This document shows positions 17,481 through 27,500 of a DNA stretch of 64,000 nt, in pieces. Every line of letters begins with the position of its first letter. Position 1 is the stretch's first letter. This DNA is from Candidatus Latescibacterota bacterium. GTDB lineage: Bacteria > Latescibacterota > UBA2968. Below the pieces are notes generated by a model. It saw only the letters and a program-made list of their open reading frames with translations, had not been told where the DNA came from and ran no database searches. The translations under genes and the position numbers were made by a program. The stretch spans positions 4,610,898 to 4,674,897 of the forward strand of contig OZ241986.1 of NCBI GenBank assembly GCA_965204375.1, in the 5' to 3' direction.

Positions 17481-17567
17481 GGCACGCTCGTCCTCGACGC
17501 GAAACTATTTTGTGGCGTGCGGCACTACGTGCCATTCTTTAGTACTAATACCATTGGAAACCCTGCT

Positions 17568-18494
17568 ATGAATAACGTGTGGGAAGTACCCGAGCCTCTT
17601 TCGACCTGCGAAGTCCAGCTCGACGACAATACCGTCACCACTCTGCGGCGGCATGGAAATCCCGAAGGCCCCCGACTCGTTCTGAGCCACGGCAATGGCC
17701 TCGCAATAGACCTCTATTACCCTTTCTGGTCACGGCTCGCCGATGATTTCGACCTCATCATCTTCGACCTCAGGAACCACGGCTGGAATACCGTTGGTTC
17801 ACGCGAAAAACACAATATCCCGACGCTGGTCCGCGACCAACTCTGTATTTTTGAATCCATTGACCGTCACTATGGGAATAAACCAAAAACCGGTATATTT
17901 CACTCTGCTTCCGCACTGATAACCCTCCTATCATTAACGGCTATGGCAGACCTGTGGTCGTCCGCCCAAAGCAGCCATTTATCGGCGATGATTTTATTTG
18001 ATCCCCCTTTGTGCAAGCCCGGCAATAGCCAGATAGAATTCGATAAGGCCATCGAACACGCAGCCGCAACTACCCGCCGCCGCGGGTATTTGTTCCAAAC
18101 AGAAGAGGATTTTGCAGAACTCCTCAGCTATCTGCCCGGCTTCTCACGCGTCGTTCCCGGGGTTCGGGAACTCATGGCGCGAACAACACTTCGAAAGTCT
18201 GCTTATGAACAGGGTTACGAGCTTCGGTGTCCTCGCGACTACGAGGCGCAGATCACTGATTATTTCAGGAGTTTTTCTGCATTGACGGATTTTGAAACAC
18301 TGTCTTGTCCCACAAAGGTCATCGGAGCCGACCCCACCTTGCCCTATGCATTTCTGCCGACCATTGACCTTGGTGACATTCTAACTGTAGATTACGATTT
18401 CGTACCAGAAGCAACACATTTTCTTCAATTGGAAAAACCAGCGAAATGCGTTGATATGGTCCGGGAATTTCTCGAGATTAATCGCCTGTTGTAA
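17568..18494 (+). CDS. Alpha/beta-fold hydrolase (possible thioesterase/acyl hydrolase partner of the PKS)
   Basis: Track ORF 17517..18494. The start is probably ATG 17568 (MNNVWEVPEPL). It has the oxyanion-type motif LVLSHGNG and a nucleophile-elbow-like FHSASA instead of a canonical GxSxG. It ends 26 nt before the PKS start. Confidence 0.65.
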   Translation: MNNVWEVPEPLSTCEVQLDDNTVTTLRRHGNPEGPRLVLSHGNGLAIDLYYPFWSRLADDFDLIIFDLRNHGWNTVGSREKHNIPTLVRDQLCIFESIDRHYGNKPKTGIFHSASALITLLSLTAMADLWSSAQSSHLSAMILFDPPLCKPGNSQIEFDKAIEHAAATTRRRGYLFQTEEDFAELLSYLPGFSRVVPGVRELMARTTLRKSAYEQGYELRCPRDYEAQITDYFRSFSALTDFETLSCPTKVIGADPTLPYAFLPTIDLGDILTVDYDFVPEATHFLQLEKPAKCVDMVREFLEINRLL

Positions 18495-18520
18495 AACCCG
18501 TGCGAACATGGAGGTGTCAC

Positions 18521-21500
18521 ATGAAGCCGGATAAATCAGACCAACCAATAGCGATCGTAGGTATGGCGTGTCGATTTCCCAACGCACCGAATATCTCTGC
18601 CTTCTGGCGTCTGCTCGAAGCCGGTCAGAACGCCGTGACGGAAGGTTCTCCAGGCTCTGGCGTCGGCCGCGTGGGTACGCTCTTCCCAGACGCTGAGGTG
18701 CAGAACGACGCCTGCCGTTTCGGTGCCTTCGTCGATGACATCGACCTGTTCGACGCCACCTTCTTCCGCATTTCGCCAGTCGAAGCGCAACTGCTGGATC
18801 CCCAGCAGCGGATGATGCTGGAGACGAGCTGGCAGGCGCTCGAGGACGCGGGGATAGATCCGGATCGGCTAAAGGGTAGCCGCACCGGTGTGTACGCGGG
18901 AATCAGCAACAACGATTATCGGGGCGTAATCTTGGGATCCAGCAGAACTGCCGAGCCTTCCGCCAGCCTCTTCTCTGTCGCGGGCACCTCTCTGAACACA
19001 GCCATAGGTCGAGTAGCCTTCGCACTGGGTCTTGGAGGACCGGCAATGGCGGTAGATACCGCCTGTTCGTCGTCGCTGGTTGCGACGAACCAGGCGGTTG
19101 CTGAATTGCAGCAGGGCAAAGCGGATCTGGCACTGGCGGGCGGGGTGCAGGCGATCCTTTCCGGGCGGCTAACCGAACTGCGGGGAAATGCCGGGATGTT
19201 GTCGCCAGACGGGCAATGCAAGGCGTTTGATGCGTCTGCGAATGGCTTCGTGCGAGGTGAAGGCTGCGGAATTGTGGTCCTCAAACGGCTGAGCGAAGCA
19301 GAGGCCGATGGCGATCACATCTGGGGCGTCATCCGAAGCACCGCGGTAAACCAAGATGGCGCGAGTACAGGCCTGACGGTACCAAACGGTCCGGCACAGG
19401 AGCGCGTGATCGAAGAGGCACTATCGCGGGCGGGAATTCTGCCATCGGAAGTCGATTATGTGGAGGCACACGGAACGGGCACAGAGGTGGGCGACCCCAT
19501 TGAGATAAACGCGACAGCAGCGGTGTACGGCAGGGGACGCGACGCGGACAACCCGATACTCGTCGGCTCGGTAAAAACAAATATCGGTCATCTGGAGCCA
19601 ACCGCGGGGGTTGCGGGCCTGATCAAGACCGTACTCTCGATGAAGCAGGGCGTGATCCCAAAGCATCTGCACTTCGAGAATCCCAATCCGAACATGGACT
19701 GGGATCGACTACCTCTGCGAGTGACTTCCGAGGCAATGGACTGGCCGCTCAACGCCGAACGACCACCGATTGCGGGAGTGAATTCGTTCGGATGGTCGGG
19801 CACAAACGCGCATGTCATAGTGGAGGGGTACGGAACACCAAAAAGCAGTGATGAAGAGTATTTACCCGTGGGATCCGCACGGCCTGTTGCCATTTCTCTA
19901 CCGAAGTCAGTGCTGCCGCCGGAGGAAGAAATCGGCGCGCGCAGGACGCGATTGCTGCCGCTATCGGGAAAATCCGATGAAGCGCTTCGAGACCTGGCGG
20001 GGCAGTATCTGAAACGCGGTTTTGCTTCCGAAGATGAAGCCAGGCTTGCCGACATGGCGTGGACAGCCGGCGTGGGACGAAGCCATTTCCCTCACCGCGC
20101 GGGCATCGTATTCAGCGATGGCGCATCGCTGCGCGAGAGCCTGAGTGCACTCGCAGAGATCAGCACGAGACCTGCACCGCAAACGCCCTCCAAAATCGCA
20201 TTTGTATATACCGGACAGGGTAGCCAGTGGATCGGCATGGGCGAAAACCTGTACCACACCGAACCAGTGGTGCGCGCAGTGCTGGACCAATGCGACGCCG
20301 TACTGCGGGAAGCGCGAGGCACCTCATTGCTCGATGTGATGTTCGGACGCGCAGGTGATTTATCCGACCAAGCGTGGACACAACCAGCTATTTTTGCCAT
20401 AGAATGCACGCTGACGGCGCTCTGGAAAAGTGTGGGTATTACACCCAGTGTGGTGCTCGGACACAGTCTTGGAGAACTGGCAGCGGCACAAGCCGCGGGT
20501 GTATTTAGCATAGAAGAAGGTGTGCGATTTGCCGCGGCGAGAGGTGAACTGACAGCGACACTGCCCGGTGGTGGGGCCATGGCGGCCATTTTTGCGGATG
20601 TGTCACAGGTAGAATCAGCCCTCAACGAACTCAACGCAGCTTCCACAGGCGTGGGACTGAGCATGGCGGCATACAACGGCGCGCATCAGGTGGTGAGCGG
20701 TCCCGAAGAAAAAGTCGAGGCGATCTCCGAGCACTTCCTCGCGCAGGACATTCGGGTCAGCCGCTTGCGCACCACGCACGCATTCCACAGTGCATTGGTA
20801 GAACCGATGCTGGACAAACTGGATGCCATAGTCTCAGAGATCGCGGTCGCATCCCCATCGCTCACCCTGGTGAGCAATGTGACGGGTCAGGTGCTGGAAA
20901 CGGGAAAACGTCAGGATAGTGCGTATTGGCGTCAGCACACGCGAAAGCCAGTGGCATTCGCGCCAAGCATCGAGACATTGGCTGGGCTGGGCGTCGATCT
21001 CGTCATTGAAGTCGGTCCGCACGCCGTGCTGAGTACAATGACGACCCTGTCGTGGCCAGACACGGCAGAGGGTCCTCCTGTTGCGCTACCGAGCTTATTG
21101 CGCCCCTCGTCCAAAGTGTCGCAAGCAGAAGCCGACCGCGCATTTACAGCGGCGGTTGCAAAAGCTTATGAAGCGGGTCTTTCCGTGTCCTTTGCCGGAC
21201 TGTTCGCAGGTGAAACCCGGCGCCGCATTTCGCTGCCGAGCTATCCTTTCCAGCGCGAACGCTACTGGGTCGAAGCGCCGAAACGACGGCGGCAGATCGC
21301 CGGCCATCCCCTCCTGGGCGAGAGGCATGAATCCGCCAGCGGCGAGATCGCGTTCGAGACCGAAGTACTCCCCTCGGATCCGACTTGGCTGAACGATCAC
21401 CGGGTATTCGGCCGTGTCATAGCCCCGGGCGCGCTCTATGGGGCGATGGCGATATCGGCATCCATGGCTGAGGAAAGCGGATCGATGGTCATCGAGGAAA

Positions 21501-24500
21501 TGCAACTGCACAACGCGCTGATCTTCCCGGAGGAGAGTGCGGATAACGATGAAGGCGGGGGCCGAGAAATGCAGGTTCTGCTCGAGGCTCCGGGGGAGGA
21601 GCCTTCGCGCCTCGTTCGAATATTCAGCAAAGGAGAGGCCGAGGAGGATTGGACGCTGCACGCGGAGTGTCGCGCGCCATCGGATACCAACGCGCAGCAA
21701 GCCTCTGAGCAGGTGAATCTGGAAAGCCTGAAGGCCGGTCTGTCGCCCGAGGACGTGCCGGCGTTTTACCGCGCCAAGGCGGGCGTCGGGATCGATCTCG
21801 GCCCATCGTTCCGCACGCTGAGGATGGTCTGGTCCCGGGCGGGCGAGGCGTTGGGAGAAGTGTGTTTCCCCGAGGCTCTCGGCGGGAACGATCTCGACGT
21901 ACACCCGCTCCTGCTCGACGGTTGCTTTCAGGTGATGGGAGCCGCGCGCAATCCGGGTGGAGCCGAAGACGGAATCACCTATCTGCCGTTCGGCTGGGAG
22001 CGGCTGTGGCTGCCGGATCGGCTACCGGATCGGTTTCTCTGCCACATGCGCATGCGGGAGGCTTCGAAGAATCGGGAACCGGATGCCGAAACCGGTGGGT
22101 CGCCGGAGGTCTTTGTAGGGGATTTCCTTCTCTACGACCAGAGTGGGGTCCTGATCGGCGAATTGAGCGGATTCATGGTGAAGCGTGCGACGCGGGCGGC
22201 GCTGCTCTCGGCAGTGGAAGGGGTTCAGGAACTGCTCTACGAGGTCATGTGGCGCGAAAGCACCCTTGCGCCGGGACTGCTGCCAGCGGATTTCCTCCCG
22301 AGTCCGGGAGAGGTTGCGGACCGGTGGGAGCTGTTCTCCGACTACCTGGCGGCGGAAGGAGTCGATGCCGGATTGAGGCCCGCCTGGTTGGCGGACCTCT
22401 CGTGCATGGCGCGGCATTTTGCGCTCTCTGCCCTGGAGAAACTCGGATGGGAGAGAAAGGCGGGCACCGCCGTGGACTCCGAAGATTTGCGGCAGCGCCT
22501 GGGGGTCCTGGATGAACACAGCCGTCTGTTCCGCCGGATGCTCGAGATATTGGCTCGCGCAGGCGTTCTGGAGGCGGCGGGCGAAGGTTTTGTCGTTGCC
22601 GTAGGGGCCGGAGAGCCGCTGCCAGAAGGAATTCCGGGCAATCCCGAGCAGTTCGCGGCACAAGTGAACGAGCGTTACTCGTATGCTTCAAGCGAGATCG
22701 GGATTTTTCGCAGAAGCGCGGGTGCCCTGGCGGAAGTGCTTCGCGGCGAAGAGGATCCGCTGTCGCTTCTCTTCGGCAGCGGAGAACCCAGCGCCGCGGA
22801 TCTCTATTTCAAGGCACCGATATATCGAGCGTCGAACCGGATGTTGGGAGACGCGGTGCGCACACTTGTAGCCGGGTTGCCCGAAGGACGGCGCTTGAGG
22901 GTGATTGAGGTCGGGGCGGGTACCGGATCGGCGACCGAATCCGTCCTGCCGGAGCTTCCCGAAGGGCGGTACGACTACATGTACACGGATATCTCGGCGG
23001 GTTTCTTCGCGCAGGCAGAGGGGTTGTTCGGCGATGAGTGTATCGAGTACCGGGTGCTGGACATCGAAAAAGACCCCGTAGAGCAGGGATTCGACCCCCA
23101 CGGTTATGACTTGTTGATTGCGTCCAATGTGCTGCACGCCACGCGGTACCTGGAGGAGACGCTAACGCACTGCCGGAGCCTTCTCGCGCCGTCGGGACAT
23201 CTCGTGGCACTCGAGAACCTTTGCGGCCAGGATTGGCTGGATATGACTTTCGGACAATTGGACGGCTGGTGGCGGTTCTCCGACGACTGCCGCCCCACCT
23301 ACGCCCTGGCGGGGCCAGACGTATGGCGACAGTCCCTCGGCAGCGTGGGTTTCGAAGGCGTGGAGATTCTGGGACTGGGCGGACCCGACGCCGCCGAGAT
23401 GCCGGATAGGGGCGTGATTCTGGCGCAGCTGCCCGAAGAGGTCGCCGAGCAGCGCGGAGTATGGGTTCTGGCGGCGGACCGCGGCGGCGCGGCGGCGGAG
23501 CTGGCCCTGGAGTTGGCGGCGCGCAACCAGACGGTTGTGCTGGCGAGCGATGCAGGTTCGACGGGAGAGGGTCCGGCGGATGAAAAAACTGCTGTCATCC
23601 ATACGTCCCTGGAGATGGAGCACCGAGAATCGTGGCAGTCGCTGCTCGAAGACCTGCCCGGGCATGCGGCACTCAGCGGTGTCGTGCATTTCGCGGCGCT
23701 CGACGGCCACGGCCCCGATACGACGACTGCTGAAATGGCGGAGAACGTGAAACGAGTGGGAGCAAGCGCATTGGCGCTGGCGCAGGGTCTGGCCGACGCC
23801 GATGTGACGCCCGAGAAGGGCTTGTGGTTTCTCACGCGGGGCGCGCAGGTGCTGGAGCGCGAACGCGCCGGAGAGCTTGTCGGCGCGACGCTATGGGGTT
23901 TCGGAAAGGTACTGGCCCGGGAAGCATCCCACATGCAGCCGAAGATGATCGATCTGGATCCCGAGCCTACGGCACCGCCGGTAGATCTCGCCAATGAACT
24001 GCTCTATCCCGATACGGAAGACCAAATCGTACACCGCGGCAGCCGACGCCGCGTAGCCCGCCTTGTCCGGACCGGCGAGGGGACGGATAGGATAAACTTG
24101 CCCGAAGAGCCGGGCTGGATGCTGGGGGTCGGCGAGGACGGCGCGATCGCTGACCTGCAGGTGGCGCCGACGCCGCTGGAGTCGAAAGAAGTTCGCGTGG
24201 CTGTCGAGGCCGCCGGATTGAACTTCTGGGATGTGTTCGCGGCACTCGGTTTGATTGACGAGAAATTCCTGGGCACGGAGTTTTGCGGCCATATCATCGA
24301 GGTCGGCTCCGAGGTGGCGAGCGTTGCGGTGGACGATCGCGTCGTGGGATTGGCATTCGGCACCTTCGGGCCGGAGGTGGTGACCCGGGCGGAACTCTTG
24401 GCACCCGCGCCACCGGATTTGTCCGCTACGGCGCTCGCCTCAATGCCGACGGTGTTCGTGTCAGTCGCGCTGTCTTACGAACTCGCGGGGCTGAAAGCCG

Positions 24501-27500
24501 GTGACCGCGTGCTGATTCACGCAGGCGCGGGCGGCGTGGGGCTTGCGGCCATCCAGTGGGCGCAGGCGGCGGGAGCGGAAGTGTTCGCGACGGCGAGCGC
24601 GCCGAAACAGGCGTATCTCCGCTCGCTCGGCGTAAAGCATGTGTTCGACAGCCGTCAGACGAAATTCGGGGAGGAAATCCTCAAGGCCACGGGGGGTGCA
24701 GGGGTCGATGTGGTATTGAACAGCCTGACGGCGGAAGGTTTCATCGACGCGAGTCTGGCGTGTCTGGCGCATGGTGGCCGGTTCGTGGAACTGGCGGCGC
24801 GGGACATTCTGAGCGAGGAAGAGATGGCGGCCGTACGGCCGGACGTGGCCTATTACATCGTGAATCTTCATGCCATGAAGGGGGATGACCCGGCGCGACC
24901 CGGCGCTTTGCTGAGAGATGTCATGAAACGGCTGGCAGCGGGAGAACTAACGCCGCTCATCCACACCAGATGGCCGCTTGCCGAAGCGAGACGGGCCATT
25001 GAGTTCATGCGCGACGGTAGGCACATCGGAAAAATCGCCTTTGCGAATTCGCCGCTCACCAGTGGGCGGTTGCGAGAGGATCGAACCTATCTGGTAACAG
25101 GTGGTCTGGGTGGGATCGGGTGCGTAATGGCCGACTATTTGGCGGATCGCGGCGCGGGTGCAATCGCGCTAAACGGGCGCCGGGCACCGAACCCTGAAGC
25201 CGAAGAGACGATCCGCAGGCTGCGGGAACGAGGCGTGACAGTGCAGGTAGAGATTGCAGATGTGACGGACGCCGATGCAATAGATGAGATGCTGGCGCGG
25301 ATGGATGAGACGCTACCGCCGCTGGGCGGCGTAATCCACAGCGTGGGGGTGTTGTCGGACGGTGCGCTCGGGAACCAGAGTTGGGAAAGATTCGAGCAGG
25401 TGCTGTGGCCGAAGGTGCTGGGCGCGTGGCATCTGCATCGCGCGACTGAGGACCGCGATCTGGATATGTTTGTCCTCTTCTCCAGCGTGGCCGGTGTGCT
25501 GGGCAATCCGGGCCAGTCGAACCACGCGGCGGCCAATGCGTTTCTGGATCAACTCGCCGCGCATCGCCGCGCACTCGGACTTCCGGGACAGACCATCGCC
25601 TGGGGCGCGTGGTCGGAACTCGGCGAAGCGGAAGAACAACGGGAACGGATTGCCGAACGGCTGGAAGCGCGAGGAACGGATTGGATAACTCCGCAGCAAG
25701 GTCTCAGGGCATTCGACCAACTGGTGCGCGAGGACGCCGCGACATCCGTCGTGCTGGCAGCCGATTGGTCGTCTTACGAGGAGGGCCTGGAATACCGGAT
25801 GCCCCTGCTGGAGGATCTGCTCTCCACCATTTCAGAAGACGAGGCCGACTCGCCTGCTCTGGCGGACGACCTGATGTCCCATCTGGCGGAAACGCCCGCG
25901 GCGGAGCGTGAGGCCCTGTTGGTATCGTTCCTGCAGCAGGAATTACAGGCGGTGCTGAGGTTGCCGACAGCACCCGAGCCCACGGTGGGATTTTTCGATC
26001 TGGGGATGGACTCGCTAATGGCCGTAGAATTGCGAAATCGGCTGAACCGCGCGTTTGCCGATGAGTACGTGGTCCCCAACACTGTGGTATTTGACTACCC
26101 GGACATCGCCCGTCTCGCCAACCATCTAATTGAGGAACTCGGCGAAGTCAGCACTGTGCCCGCCCCTCCACCCCAGGTGCAACCCGAGCCAGAGCCACAG
26201 ACGGAAGTACAGCGCGAGGACAACGGTATTGCGATTGTGGGCATGGCCTGCCGCTTCCCCGGCGCCCCGGATCTTTCCACCTTCTGGCAGCAGCTTGAAG
26301 CAGGTGCGGACGCCGTGACAGATGGACGCCGGGATTCCGGTTCATGGAACGCTCTTGCCAAAGACCTTCCTCCCGAATACGCCGCCTATCGCCGGGGCGG
26401 ATTTGTGGAGGAAATTGATCGATTTGACGCGAGATTCTTTCGGATTTCGCCGATTGAAGCGCGCATGATGGATCCGCGGCAGCGCATGATGCTGGAGACG
26501 ACCTGGCAAGCGCTCGAGGATGCGGGAATTGATCCAGACAAATTGAGGGGCAGCCGCACCGGGCTATACGCTGGCATCGCCACCAGCGAATACCGGGACC
26601 TGATGACAGCCAGCGACTACGGCATCAGTTATCTGAGCACTGCCGCGAGCATGACGGTCGGGCGAATTGCTTTCCTTCTTGGTCTGGAGGGACCGACGAT
26701 ACCGGTGGAACTCAACTGCGCGTCGTCACTGGTCGCAGTGCATCAGGCAGTGATGGGTTTGCGGGAGGGCGAAGTAGATATGGCCCTGGTTGGAGGGACA
26801 CACGCAGTTCTGTCACCTGAATTAACCAAAGAGATGGCGGAGTTGGGGATATTGTCGCGGGAAGGACAGTGCAAAACCTTCGATGCCTCTGCGGATGGCT
26901 TTGTGCGGGGCGAGGGCTGCGGGATGGTCGTCCTCAAGCGGCTGAACGAGGCAGAAGCAGATGGCGACCGCATCTGGGGCGTGATCCGCGGGTCTGCGGT
27001 CAACCAGAACGGGGCGAGCGCAGGACCCACCGTGCCAAACGGACCGGCGCAGGAGCGGGTAATTGAAGAGGCACTGTCGCGGGCGGGCGTTGCCCCATCA
27101 GAAGTAGATTATCTGGAAGCCCACGGGGGTGCGTCGGAGTTGGGCGACCCGATCGAAGTTCAGGCAGCGGCGGCTGTTTACGGCAAGAACCGCGAAGCAG
27201 ACCGCCCGCTTTTGATCGGCTCCGTGAAGACCAACATCGGTCACCTGGAGCCGGCTGCCGGGGTTGCGGCTCTGATCAAGGCAGTACTGGCGATGAAGCG
27301 AGGGGTGATTCCCAAAAACCTGAACTTCAAGAATCCGAGTCCGCATATAGACTGGGACCGGTTGCCGGTGCAGGTAGTATCAGCCCCGACGGACTGGCCG
27401 CGTCATCCCGATCGTCCGCCGCGGGCAGGGGTAAGCGCCTTCGGGATATCGGGCACGAATGCCCATGCTGTCGTAGAAGGGTATGACAGCCCGGATGCAA

